The notes under the pieces were generated by a model. The model made no database searches and was not told the origin of the DNA. It saw only the letters and a list, made by a program, of their open reading frames with translations. The translations under genes and the position numbers were made by a program. A DNA stretch of 64,000 bases from positions 124,001 to 188,000 of the IMG/VR virus record IMGVR_UViG_3300009034_000001. One strand, written 5' to 3'. Shown piece after piece: positions 22,171-34,374 of the stretch (positions are counted from its first letter, which is position 1; each line of letters starts with the position of its first letter).

Positions 22171-23227
22171 TGTACGCCTCCTTCAGTTCGTTCAAACTAA
22201 TTACCCCCTTTTTATACGCTTCCCACTTTAGCCAGAAGAAGTAGGTGTAACACACATGATCTCGCAACTCCTCCGATCCAAATTCAAACATGTCATCCTT
22301 AAGGAAATGTGCTGAATCAAACTTTCTCAAACCAGCTCGCAGTCCATCAATACAAAAGTTCATAAATTCCTTAAACCTTTTCTCATCAAAAGAGTTCAAG
22401 CCTTCGTATTTACTATCCCTATCAAACAAGCTAACCAACTGTGCAAATGGAATACGAAGAAGGTTAGGTCTATTCTTGAAAACCCAGATAAGTCCTGGCA
22501 TGTACCGCATTTGAACACAATATTCAGGGAAAAGTGGACTTTCCCGTGGATCTTTATCATAAGTCGTTTTATCTTCCCCAAGCGCAGACAACATTGCAAC
22601 GTTGCGCTCAACACATAAATAACATTGGCCACAATGTAACTTATATGGAATACTTCTACCCTTTATTGTACCTCTATCATAGTAAAAACAGCTGTTCGTT
22701 TCATATATCAAATCGCCAACTTGGTCATGACACAGTTTAACACGATCACACTTTATGGTTGCATTTCCAATGTCATCCAACGTCCAAAGTTTGCACTGAG
22801 GATCTTTCCCATGAATGTAGTTCTGTAACTCTTCAGTATTGCTGTCTTTTGTTGACACCGACCACCAATTTACCCAAGTTTCTGGCCCACCACCTTTATA
22901 CTCGCCCATTCCAATGTCAGCACCCGGGAACCGTTCCAATGTCCAATCAATCATATACTGATTCCTTTTAGGTAGCATATCTCGCGTCATCATGTATTTC
23001 CGATCTGAAAAAATAAGCGGTTTCGGAATATCAAAACCTTCCTTAGTGCACTTATTCCATAAGTTCATAACGGTTCGAACTTCGCGTACACAATAGCCTT
23101 CACCTTTCCACCTAACGTATATTGGCTGTGGTTTAATTAATCCAAGAGTCTGATTGCAACGAGCAAGCCAAGTCAACACGGCCAGTGAATCCAATCCGCC
23201 TGAAAATAGCACAATAGCTTTTTTCAA
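22142..23227 (-). CDS. queC: QueC-like PP-loop ATPase (7-cyano-7-deazaguanine synthase family) with C-terminal extension
   Basis: KKAIVLFSGGLDS, PKRN, TNSCF, HCGQCYLCVER zinc site. Confidence 0.75.
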   Translation of the reverse strand: MKKAIVLFSGGLDSLAVLTWLARCNQTLGLIKPQPIYVRWKGEGYCVREVRTVMNLWNKCTKEGFDIPKPLIFSDRKYMMTRDMLPKRNQYMIDWTLERFPGADIGMGEYKGGGPETWVNWWSVSTKDSNTEELQNYIHGKDPQCKLWTLDDIGNATIKCDRVKLCHDQVGDLIYETNSCFYYDRGTIKGRSIPYKLHCGQCYLCVERNVAMLSALGEDKTTYDKDPRESPLFPEYCVQMRYMPGLIWVFKNRPNLLRIPFAQLVSLFDRDSKYEGLNSFDEKRFKEFMNFCIDGLRAGLRKFDSAHFLKDDMFEFGSEELRDHVCYTYFFWLKWEAYKKGVISLNELKEAYNAKAKEPNF

Positions 23228-25531
23228 TTCACTTCCCCCTCATTTTTAAGAATTTCCTCAAGGTTATCTTTCTCTTGAGGCCAATGTTCTAAAATTTTAA
23301 TATGTGCTCGATATGCAAAACCGAACGTCTGTTTGCCGTTGACAGGATCATTTAACGTAAAATCGCCGCGTTCTGAAACATTTAATACTAACCTGATAGC
23401 ACCCGCCTTCTGGGAAGTCGATAACCCTTTCACAATTTGAATGTACATTCCATGTTGCAAATCCGGAAGAGCAAATTTGGACTCTTCAGCAACAGTTTTT
23501 GTTATGTTATCCTGTAGTTGTTGTTCCAATTTATCAAACTTATCAAGGAGAACCGCACAACAGGTCCGGTCGTCGGTAAATGCTTTTCCAAGTTTAAATT
23601 GTTCCAATGGCAAATCAACCATAATTTGCAGAAAACTATGAAATGCATCATCTGTAGAAACATTTTTATGAATACGGAACTCTTTAATCCACAGGTTAAG
23701 CTGAAAACTAGTCGCAATTTTCCTAAGGAATGACAATTCTGGATACCCAATTTCAAGTAGCATGATAATTTTCTCCTCGTATTAAAGCTTCGTTAATCCA
23801 GCTTGTGACTACTTTGTTTGATTGGCCTCTCCCGGTAAACAATACCAAATCTCGATATATCGAATTTGACCGGTGAAGTAGACGGGCTTAATTAAAATTA
23901 CTACGTGCGACTTAATAAAAGCATTTGCATCGCGTGTGAGATTATTTACATCGCCGCATACTGGAATCGATGTGTTCCGAGAAAAAATCTTTATGCCGAC
24001 TTTTGGACATTTTCCCGCACTTAACACACTACTTTCCAATGGAACCTTATCAGAACAAGCAGAGGTATGACCTTCATAATATCCAAACACTAATCCCACT
24101 ACTAAACAGAAAACAGCAATTGTGTTTTTCACGTACTATCACCTCCTAATATCACGGGCGAGGATCTTTTTTTGATGCCAATTTGTAACGTCTTTCAAAA
24201 TCGTTACATATTGGACTGTCAACTAACGGATTTAGCCAAAATTCTCCTGTCATTACCAACTCAACATCTTCCGGTCTGTAGCACATAATATGTTCTGGAA
24301 GACAACAGTAACGTGCATTACGAGGATCAATGTTGTTGACCTGGCAATAATACTTAAACTGCTTATACGTGCCTGTAAGAACTAAGACCACCTTCTTCAT
24401 ATTATTTCGTCTCCTTGATTACCTTTCGAAGCCTCTTTTCGAGAATGTTAAACATCTGCGGTAAAACTTGTTTAACATTTGATACAGAATGGGTAACTGT
24501 AGATAAGTCACAGTAGAAGCAATACTTCATTACAACTCCATTTTCTTCAATAGTGTCAGCAATAGGAACATTAGCCGAGCCACAAAAGGCACAATCCCCA
24601 AGTTCTTCAGTCATGATATCTCGACCTCCTTAACAACCGACGTCACTGACGTCCGTTTGTTGTTCTTCAACTTCAAGTTGTTCTTCAACAGCGTGTATTC
24701 CTACACATTCCGAAGGTAAATCTAATGTAGTTATTCTGTGGTAAGCATCACTCTTTGAATTAATTCCATCTTTCCGACATCTTATCTGACCCTGACCTAA
24801 CTCACATTCCCAACCGTCATTCATCAATTTACCAACCGAGTCAGCAACATGTTCAAGTCGTCGCTTTAACTCTTCGCCAAGCTCTTTAAGAGCCTCACAG
24901 AAAACAATTGGCTTTGCGTTTTGTTCTTTATAATTATTCCACCATTTATCAAGTTCTGCGCCTGCCGTCCTAAACAAATACAAACTAACGTAAATCATCT
25001 CAATCTCCTTACTTTTTAATCTTTACTCGTTTATTCATCCCTCCCTTCTTGCTAGATCTGTTTCAACACACTCCATTAGTAATTCAAGCTCATCTCGTAA
25101 CCCTTTTAACATATCAAATGTTGTCTCCAATGGGACAGAGGTATCTGTATGTACTTCATTAATGGCTTTAATTGCTTTCTTATATGCTATGGAATCTATC
25201 ATTATCTACCTCCTTACCGTCTTCTTTTCAATATAATTCTACCTGTTTTACAATTCTTGCACTTAAACTTTAACTTATAAGCACATTTCCTACAGTAGGC
25301 CGAATCGTTAGAAATATAGCAACTGTAGTAGTCATATTTCAAATAGACTCGTTTCCCAGCTTTTGTCAATTTAGAAACTGTGCTTGGTGCAACCTTTCTT
25401 CTTATACGAGCGTTATTACACCCCCACTCTTCTTCATGTTGAATGTTGTGTCCTAATCCACTCCACCAAGCTAAAGCTTTTCTACAGTTACAACAAAGAA
25501 CATCATGTGTTGAAACCATAACATCCCCCTT

Positions 25532-26404
25532 TTACATAATCCTAGACGCCTTACTACTCCAACTCGTATACAAGTGTCCATCTGGTAAATGTATAACGCT
25601 CTTGAAGCCATCTTTGTACTCATTTACAACACATGTTGCAACGGTAACTTGCAATCCACTGTTGAAAACGTCATAGACCACTTCGCCCCAAGGTAGCCAA
25701 ATAATACTTCTGGCCTTCTTGTGTAAAACTAACCATTCTAAAGCATCTCTAGCAACTTGAATATCAACAAAGTTGTCTCGACTCCATTGAGTTACCGAGT
25801 TCTCTTTCGAATTTTCAGGTATCCACAATTCCCTAAAGACAATTGAATCCACTCCAAGTGAAATTGCACGCTTAATATAGTTGATTATTGTTGTTTCATT
25901 ATAAACGCCTTGTTTATTCATCACGCACGAAAGTCGGACAGTTACATCCGCTTTCTCTTTTAAAAACTTAAACAATTGTGTATAATCTAGATGAATTCCC
26001 ATCAATTCATAATTGAGTTCAAAATCTAACGAAGCAACTGTTATTGTAACGTTTGTTAAGCCATACCTCGGCTTTATAAGCCATTCCAAAAATTCATCCT
26101 GTCTATCCAGAACCAAAGACATGTTGCTATGTAAATCTCGTTGCCCGAATCCAACTAAGGAACACTCGAGTAAAATATTACTCAAATAAACCCAATCAAC
26201 TCCCAAGAGAGTTTCGCCTTTACTAGTGAGAATTGCGGTTTGTGCATTGCCAGCCCTTGCCCACATCAACGAGTTTCGTAACTTAGCAAAGTCTAAGTCG
26301 TTCCTACCAGACTTTGGAGTCTGTGACATCGCGGAAATGCAATATTTACACTTGGCATTACACCCTTGAACTGCAGGAACAATGGAAATGGATTGAACAT
26401 CCAT
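25532..26404 (-). CDS. radical SAM protein, function unknown
   Basis: CNAKCKYC motif, KGETLL. Confidence 0.8.
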   Translation of the reverse strand: MDVQSISIVPAVQGCNAKCKYCISAMSQTPKSGRNDLDFAKLRNSLMWARAGNAQTAILTSKGETLLGVDWVYLSNILLECSLVGFGQRDLHSNMSLVLDRQDEFLEWLIKPRYGLTNVTITVASLDFELNYELMGIHLDYTQLFKFLKEKADVTVRLSCVMNKQGVYNETTIINYIKRAISLGVDSIVFRELWIPENSKENSVTQWSRDNFVDIQVARDALEWLVLHKKARSIIWLPWGEVVYDVFNSGLQVTVATCVVNEYKDGFKSVIHLPDGHLYTSWSSKASRIM

Positions 26405-27078
26405 AACTTTACCCCTTTAATTTTGGTAAATTTACTTCTTGCGTTTCGTGCATGATCTTTTCGATGTCTCTTTGTAAGAATTTAGACTCTTCGAGTTTCT
26501 TCCTTACAAGGAAATCATGTATTTGTGCTATTCTTTGGATAAGTTCAACAACCTCGTTGTATAAGTTATTAAGTTCTTTGTCTTGTGGAAAAGTCCTTAC
26601 TAAAGTAGGTAGATTTAGTAATTCCTGTGCATAGTATACCAATTTGGACACTTCATTCGTCCAAACTTGTATGTATTTTGGATCTGCAATCCAAGTCGGA
26701 AGAGGTACTTTTATAATAAATTCCAGGTTACTACTTTTTTTACAAAGGTCAATAATACTTTGTACTCTTTTATCTTGGTATGTCATAAACTTTACTCCTT
26801 ACTCAGTCGAGTATACATCTAAACAACCTACCACCACGAATTTATATCATTCCAAACCTCTTGTCTAAGTTCCTCCATCGACTCCGCAGAAACCGAACCA
26901 TCGCTACTTTTCAAATGGTACAAACTACCGACTCCTCTAGAAAATAAACGTTGGAAAAACGTACTCATTGCAATCCTAGCAACCGCTTTATTATGTTCTT
27001 GAAATTTTTTCTCAGTAAGAAAAATCTTCATCTTTCCCTCCTTAATCCGAATCACACATAACAGTATTTCTTAACATA

Positions 27079-28293
27079 CTATATAACCCTTTTAAGCCTT
27101 ATTGTGTTAAAGTTATACTTCCTTCCCTTCTTGGCACAATTAATCCACATTCCAAGTGACCTTTGAACAATATCCGCGGTAAAGTCAAACTTGCCATCAA
27201 ACATAGACGAGCCAACACCATAAGCATAAACCGGCAAATCTAACCTTTCAAATTTGGAAATCTTCTCCGGCGTAAATCCGCCACTAACTACAATCTTAAT
27301 ATCACTAAAGAATTGACGTCCTACGCTCCCTACCTTAAAGTCCAAAGACCTGTTTCGTAATGCTAAAAAAACATTTTTTACCAATTGTGGGTTGACTCCA
27401 GTTATTTCATGTAAATTATGCGGCACAAATGTACCTTCATCATCTATAGAATCCAACACCGACTTATCCACCATCGTTCCAGATGTATCTAGTCTTACAC
27501 CAAACAGTTTGTATCGTGGATCTCTTGTTTCCTGATATTTTAACCACATTGCATTTGCAACATCCAAAGATGTCTTTACGGAATCGTTGTCAAAATCAAC
27601 AAGCACAACTCTCTTTACCATTGGATCAATAAATTGACAAAACTTAAGTGTAGCCGTTACTGTATCTCCGCCATAGGCAGCAATTAATCCATGAGGCATC
27701 GTTCCAATGCCTTTTTCTCCCCACCACCAACCTTGGGCGTCAGTCGACACGCCTCCGCATAATGGCAGACCAGCAGCTTCTCTGCCAACAGAATAAGAGT
27801 ACCCATCTTTAGGCTGTACAGTATAACTATCAAATCTGGCAGGAAAGAAAAGAATTGGTTTACCCTTCGCAGCTTTCACGCACCTATAAACATTAGTTGC
27901 AACCTTAGTACCTCTCGCTAAAGTGCCCAAGTATACAGTCTCAAGATGTGCAAACAGTGAATAATCGCCCTCAATTAACATTACCGTTTCCCAAGCGTTT
28001 ATAATATCGCCATCACGTAAAGACCTAATCGTAAGCTTTTCAAAACTTGTGTTTAAAATTTGTTTCATTATATGAATTGACTCATCAATGCCACACAAGC
28101 ATGCGTTATTATTCTTCTGGAAAATCTGAATCCTGACAATGGGACGATGATGATCCCACTCCAAAATTCGTTTGGTATTGTTGAAGTATTCGTCGGTGTA
28201 GCTTCCAAACTTTATCACAGGTTCAACTTTTACACGATTACAATTTAATTTCATATTCCTTACCCTTTTTATCTGGTTTGTAGGTTGTCTCAC
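27079..28293 (-). CDS. nicotinate (or nicotinamide) phosphoribosyltransferase family
   Basis: YTDEYF, GTMPHG, LVDFDND, GVRLDTSG, VSGGF, YGVGS. Confidence 0.85.
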   Translation of the reverse strand: MRQPTNQIKRVRNMKLNCNRVKVEPVIKFGSYTDEYFNNTKRILEWDHHRPIVRIQIFQKNNNACLCGIDESIHIMKQILNTSFEKLTIRSLRDGDIINAWETVMLIEGDYSLFAHLETVYLGTLARGTKVATNVYRCVKAAKGKPILFFPARFDSYTVQPKDGYSYSVGREAAGLPLCGGVSTDAQGWWWGEKGIGTMPHGLIAAYGGDTVTATLKFCQFIDPMVKRVVLVDFDNDSVKTSLDVANAMWLKYQETRDPRYKLFGVRLDTSGTMVDKSVLDSIDDEGTFVPHNLHEITGVNPQLVKNVFLALRNRSLDFKVGSVGRQFFSDIKIVVSGGFTPEKISKFERLDLPVYAYGVGSSMFDGKFDFTADIVQRSLGMWINCAKKGRKYNFNTIRLKRVI

Positions 28294-28985
28294 ATTGAGG
28301 ACTAGACAAACTCATATCGTTGTTTATACAAAGCTCCTTCATAGCCTGACAAATTATCCAACGAGGATACGTCAAATCCGTAGCAAACATCATAAACATT
28401 TGTCTACGTTCACTATCAGACTTTGCAACTGAGAAACAATCCTTAACATACTTAAGCTGTACTTTCTCCTTGTCCGTCATTGTACATCTCCCCCCTTAAG
28501 TGTTTGTAACATTTATGGCCTGTCACATTCAATGTGATCACGGAACCACTGGTCATAATTTTCGGAAATTATTCTCTTGCAACGTTTACACTGAAGGTCA
28601 CTCGGTCCACCGGCTCTCTTATGAACTACTTGTTTCAACTTTAATCCACAAACAGTTTTGAGTTGATTCTTCAACGAGTGATACTTTCCGTTAATTACAA
28701 TCTGTGCCCAGTAAACTGTTATATCAAACATTTATGGTAGCCCCCCTTCTTCAAATAAACGATTCAAGAATTCAAGTGCAAACCAATACGTATGTGAAAA
28801 CTCAACAAAACACGTGCTACAGAATTGTTCTACTGACGGTTTACTTGGCTTTATCGGCTCAGGCCTTAAATTCAGCCAGTTATGATATGTATTTAGTATG
28901 TAAGATTCCTTTTTTGTAAACTCAACCGCTCCATCACTAGGACTAGTCACTTAACCCCCTCACTTTCATATCAAGCTCGCAAGCC

Positions 28986-29567
28986 TCATGGTTCCGGCGT
29001 GGTTATAACACGATCTCCGGTCACTAGGCCAGTCAGGTTGAGTTCATTATGCTCACCGCCAGAGCTACAAACTAGTGGAGCCTGAAAGTGTAAAGAAGCC
29101 GATTGTTGCAAGGCCCGCCACGCTTTAAATTGATGTTCATCAAACATATTAAAACCCACACAGTGAGTAATTACATCCACCGTCACATCTTGAGTCCACC
29201 ACAAATGAGGTTGAAGTATTTCAGCACAAAGAAGTGGTAGAACTGCTATCTGATTACGACCTTGCGGATTATTAACAGTAATTACCCTAATTGGACCCAT
29301 TGGCGCAATAATTCCTTCAGCGATGTCCCAACTTGTTAGTACTCTTTTTGTGCGAGAAAAACTACTGGTACAAGTGTTAATATAAATTTCGCGTGAAGGC
29401 CTCTTCCTATCATATACGCCAAATACCCATACCGAATCATGCCAATCCTTTGGAATTTTAAAATCCGGGTTTGCAAAATCTTCAGAACCAACAACTAATT
29501 TCATATCGCCAAACTGAACGGCAATAAGATTTTTCCTACTTATGTCCAGGATTTCCATATCTTTCAC
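28986..29567 (-). CDS. divergent carbon-nitrogen hydrolase (nitrilase superfamily)
   Basis: LVVGSEDF ~ LvvfPE, RTKRVL ~ yrKxhL, LPLLCAE ~ gxxICyD, giving a Glu-Lys-Cys triad. Confidence 0.55.
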   Translation of the reverse strand: MKDMEILDISRKNLIAVQFGDMKLVVGSEDFANPDFKIPKDWHDSVWVFGVYDRKRPSREIYINTCTSSFSRTKRVLTSWDIAEGIIAPMGPIRVITVNNPQGRNQIAVLPLLCAEILQPHLWWTQDVTVDVITHCVGFNMFDEHQFKAWRALQQSASLHFQAPLVCSSGGEHNELNLTGLVTGDRVITTPEP

Positions 29568-31484
29568 TCTTTACTAATAAGCCCTGTTGAATTACATCGA
29601 GTACAAGATTTAACTGAAATGTTATCATGAGATATAATATCTTTAATTTTCCCATTGCCCTCACATATAGGACACACAGGAAAACTTTCAAGCCAACGTT
29701 GTAACCCCGCTTCATATGTTTCTAGGATTCTTACTCTATTTAGTAAATCATCCATCTCCTGTCTAAGTGCATGACGAAGTCGTTTAACCATCTTATACCG
29801 AAACGGCTCTCCCTTGTCGTAGTACGGGAATTTGGTATCCAAATCTTTTATATTAGACGTGTTAAATATAAGTTTCCAATAGTCACTCATTTTTGACCCT
29901 CCACCCTTCATTACTTAAACAAAAAGTGTAGACAGACAGGTGAAATCTCCTTGCCGCCAATAGAGAATAGTAATGCCATAAAGGCAACCGCGGCCGTAAT
30001 TGAAATTATTATTGTAATTATTTCAGCTCTCATTTATGTTCCTTTACATGAGTCTTCACAAGACTCAAGAAGTTCAATTTTAATATATTTACCTTGTATT
30101 TGTGATTGACACTTTTCACAAACAAAAAGCCAGCCACAAACTTGGTCTGTAGAACCTCTATGTGCTAACATCCTAAGACTCTCTTGACCATTACATAAAA
30201 CACAACACATTATATAGTCAATTTTTTTCATTTGAACTCCTATAAATCCAATCATTATTTTACTTTTGTTTCAAGATACTTAACAAACATGTTTGTAACG
30301 TGATCTAGTTCCTCTTCAAGCTTCTTCACGCGCGATGACAACTTAAACAGGGTTTCAAACATCAAGCCGTACCTAGCGGGGTCTAACTTAAAATCCCGGC
30401 ACGATTCAGATGTTAACATATCATGCAAGGCCGGCTCATCCGGAGTAAAACGTTTGCAACCTGACCCTGAACGTTTTGTAATCTTCCGTTTAGAACAATA
30501 CAAACACATTCGTTCCTTACCTGGGATAACACTTTCTGTATTTACTTCTTTTTCCCAGTCGTCAATGTGAACTCGTTCGCTGCTTTTCATAAACTTGCCT
30601 CCTCACGAGTAGAAACTGGCATTCCATCTTCAAGCCAGTCAATCACACCTGAAATATAATATTTACAGTTATCCTGAAAACAGAGCCAATCCTCATTAGA
30701 CTTTGCATCGACCATTTCGAGTACAAAACCTGCAATTGTTGGATTTATAACCCGCCACGCGTCGTAAATGTGATTGATATAATGTTCAATCCAAGTTTCA
30801 TTCCAAAGTTTTTCAATCATGTTATTTCTAAATTCCGGACCAACCCGAAAGGCGCCCAAAAAGTCGACCGCGTCTAAAACCCAACGATTACGGCCACGTA
30901 GAGGGCCAGTAAACAAACACTTTGTAGACCAAGCCGTTCCCCTTTCGACTACGCCATCCGGTCCTCGAAGTGCCGTTAAATAATGCCAACAATTATGTGG
31001 ATTAATTTCATATAACTCCTGTGCGAGTTGCCAAAATGTCTTGAACTTCATACGGTTATCCTCCTTTTTTCAAGTTAGCAAGTCCCGGAAGTACTTTTTT
31101 CTCTACTACTTTCGAAAGCTTTGAAATTTCCTTTTCAAGTGACTGAAGATTCTTTACCATCTTCGGAAGCATGGAAATACATCTAATAAGCTCAGGTAGG
31201 TCTTCAGGCATTGATTTTAACAGTTCCTTTTGTGCTTTCAACTTATCCAAAAGTTCCATGATACAACCCACAAGAAAATACAACTATACAATTTTAGTAA
31301 AACTTAAACTTCCAGATTTCATATAATCCGTCATACCTCGATAGGTGCCACATATGAGACAAATATTACACTGAAAATTTGACTTATGACCGCAGATTAA
31401 GCTCGGTAACATCATATATCGTGGTCCATCCTTGACACTTCTAAATTTTGATTCCTTCCTCTTAGGTCTCGGCATCAATCACCT

Positions 31485-32399
31485 CTAAACGCCTAAATCA
31501 ATCTTGTAAGAATCCACTGTCTTTTGTAGACCATCTTTAAACGGGCTTGGTAAATACCCAAGAATATTCTTTGAATTTGTAATATCAAAACTGACATCTC
31601 TAATGTCACCAAGCCTTTGTTGAACATGTCGAGCTTCCATAGATGCGCCGGTAATTTGTTTTAAATAACTAAAGAGTTCATTTACAGTATGTGACCGGCC
31701 ACTTCCAATGGGAAAGGATTTGCCACAAACAAGTTGCTTTGGTACAAAAGCAGCTAACACGTTTGCAGTAACAACATCTTCAACATAAACAAAGTCCCTA
31801 GTTTGTTCTCCATCACCATAAATTTCAACTGGCTCGCCAGTTAAAAGCGCCCTAGTAAATTTCGGCACTACGGCAGCATATTCTAAATGTGGATTCTGCC
31901 TTGGTCCAAACACATTTGAATAACGCAGTGAAACGGTTTCCAGGCCATACAATTCATAGAAAAGTCTCAAATAATGTTCGCAAGTCAGTTTTGTTACTCC
32001 ATATGGCGACGCAGGCTTAAAGTTGTTGTTGGCACCGTAAACCGAGCCCGAGGATGCAAAAATAAAACGTTTCACGTCAAATTCTCGAGATGCTATCAAC
32101 ATATTCAAAGTGCCCAATACGTTATTTGCATGACTTTCTATTGGATTATCGACGGAACGTTTTACAGAACCAATTGCAGCAAGATGTAACACAAAGTCCA
32201 TTCCATAGCACATAAAACGACAGGCCTCAAGGTCTTTAATGTCGCCACGCCAAAACCGAGCTTTCGAATTTACATTTTCAATTTTTCCATTGGATAGATT
32301 ATCCAAAACGGCAACAAGTTGGCTATTATCGCACAAATAGTCCACAAGGTGTGAGCCAATAAAGCCCGCTCCACCAGTCACTAGCCACTTATATTTCAT
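31485..32399 (-). CDS. NAD-dependent NDP-sugar epimerase/dehydratase (extended SDR)
   Basis: TGGAGFIGSH, HLAA, ASSGSVYG, YGVTK, NVFGPRQ, GDGEQTRDFVYV. Confidence 0.92.
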   Translation of the reverse strand: MKYKWLVTGGAGFIGSHLVDYLCDNSQLVAVLDNLSNGKIENVNSKARFWRGDIKDLEACRFMCYGMDFVLHLAAIGSVKRSVDNPIESHANNVLGTLNMLIASREFDVKRFIFASSGSVYGANNNFKPASPYGVTKLTCEHYLRLFYELYGLETVSLRYSNVFGPRQNPHLEYAAVVPKFTRALLTGEPVEIYGDGEQTRDFVYVEDVVTANVLAAFVPKQLVCGKSFPIGSGRSHTVNELFSYLKQITGASMEARHVQQRLGDIRDVSFDITNSKNILGYLPSPFKDGLQKTVDSYKIDLGV

Positions 32400-32653
32400 G
32401 CTACATCAACTCCTTATTTGATTTATCTGGAGTCATATCCACTAATACAACCAAAGCGCCAAACATAGGATGTGATTCATCAGCCCTTGCAGCCAATAAC
32501 CTACCTGCGATAATTTCGCTATCAGTAAAGAACACCTTTACATCTTTCTTAAACAAATGTGGATCCAGCCTGGCCAATTCGTTCAACTTTAGCCTTACAA
32601 CATCTTTGTTATTATCCTCCATAAGCAAATCTTTCATGTCTTGCACACCTCCT

Positions 32654-33112
32654 TTACTTGTATACAACTATAAACCTGTCATCCCAAATTTTCAACACTG
32701 GCTTAACCGTGGTTTCCCAATTCAAACGTCCATATCCACAACCAGGTCGAGGAATATAAATCTCCTTAATATCTGGAGATTCATTAACATATTGTAACAG
32801 TTCCCATGCACTCCTCTCAATTAACTGAATATCTGCAGGGCCCATAAAATTTCGAGGTTTAACAGGGAAAGTAAAGATTGAATACTTTCCGTACTGACCA
32901 AGAAACCATACATGGTTACCTCCCATGGTTATCTTAAATCCAATGTCATGTGCAATCTCCGGGAACCTTTCCTTAGCCTCAAGTGCACATCCTCTCCCCA
33001 TGACGCATTGATTATAGCGAGTAACATATCCATTTGTGGTTATAGCAATATAAGGACCAAGACTCCAAATATTTCGTTTAAGTTCAAGCATAAGCTTTAT
33101 ATCACCCCTCAA
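32654..33112 (-). CDS. macrodomain protein (DarG/TARG1-like ADP-ribosyl hydrolase)
   Basis: TTNG, VMGRGCA, FPVK, PRPGCGYGRLNW. Confidence 0.8.
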   Translation of the reverse strand: MRGDIKLMLELKRNIWSLGPYIAITTNGYVTRYNQCVMGRGCALEAKERFPEIAHDIGFKITMGGNHVWFLGQYGKYSIFTFPVKPRNFMGPADIQLIERSAWELLQYVNESPDIKEIYIPRPGCGYGRLNWETTVKPVLKIWDDRFIVVYK

Positions 33113-33657
33113 TTTTCATACAATCTTAGTGGTCTATTCTGGTAATTCCAAATTTCTGACAATGTTCACATCTACATGGGCCTTTCCACCGCCACCGATC
33201 TTCAGCTCCCATAAGGCAATAAGTTTTAATTTTGTCTCGCTTTCGGCGTTCATTAGGAATAGCCAAATTCATGTGAAGATGGAATTTTCGAGTTACGAAG
33301 TCATCAAAACTTTTCAATAATTGTTGATCCGATAAATGAATGTTGTAAGTACAATGAGAAAACCAAGTTAAACACCAAGTTTCAAGTTCAAAAAACACAC
33401 AACCCAATCTTTTTAATTTCGGATTTTTACTTAATAAAGTAACCTTTGTTCTTGGATGTTCTTTCCTTAGATGGTCTTCCCACCAGTCAATAGTATCCTG
33501 TCTTGCTTGATTCATACCAGGGTCCTCTCGGTACATCCTGTTAAAACTTACAAAGCCATCCTTGAAATCATCGTGGTCATACCAAGCAGAGACTATGTAA
33601 ATAGGGTATCTTTTCTCATTCATATCTTAATCTCCATTTATAAACACGTCAAAGATG

Positions 33658-33813
33658 CTACTCCTCAACAGGAAGGTCATCCGTATCACCAAGTACCCAT
33701 TCCAATGCGGTTCTAACGCCTTCCTCGTAGGACAAGCCAAAACACTTCCCTTCCGTTTCATGACTTACATTAATCTGCTGAACAATCTCAGATTCAGTTC
33801 TTGGGACAAACAT
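33658..33813 (-). CDS. 51-aa protein related to the 7430/7689 paralogs (absent from ORF track)
   Basis: GGAGG RBS; ...SYEEGVRTALEWVLGDTDDLP. Confidence 0.65.
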   Translation of the reverse strand: MFVPRTESEIVQQINVSHETEGKCFGLSYEEGVRTALEWVLGDTDDLPVEE

Positions 33814-34374
33814 TACAACATCCTCCTTCAATTGAATGAATATAAACCTACAATAAAATGACTATCCGCGTATCAAGCCAACAATCTCGCCTAATATATG
33901 GTCAACCGAAGCAGTATCCAAAGCTCCAAGTTTCCTCCACTTGTTTATAACCATCTTAAATCTGTAACTACAATCGTAAACCACTTCAGCAAGTTCAATT
34001 TTCGCCCTTTTTAACTCTTGAAGTTCCTTTTCGTCTTCAGGCTCGTATAACGCGAAGCAATTGCTATCTTTTGCGTACTTTATATACTCGCGTTTTCTCA
34101 TGTTACCCTCCAATTTTTTTTCAAACTTTATTATATAATACCTTTGCCAGAGTTAGCAAATTCCTAAGACCTTGCCAAATTGTTAATTTCTGTTCAAAAT
34201 ATTTACACTCGCCGTGAATGTTTTCTAACTTGTGGCTAAGGCCTCTACGTTCGCGTGTGTAACGATTTGTTATTATCACTTTTGAACATGTTTCTATCCC
34301 AAATATCCCCATTAAATATACCTTGAAAAATTTACACTCTTCACAATATACTTTTTCCATCTCCTTCACCTCGA

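Noticed and set aside
25532-26404. Viperin or MoaA assignment for the radical SAM gene
   Set aside because: Only the CxxxCxxC motif is recognisable; family-specific motifs are not evident.
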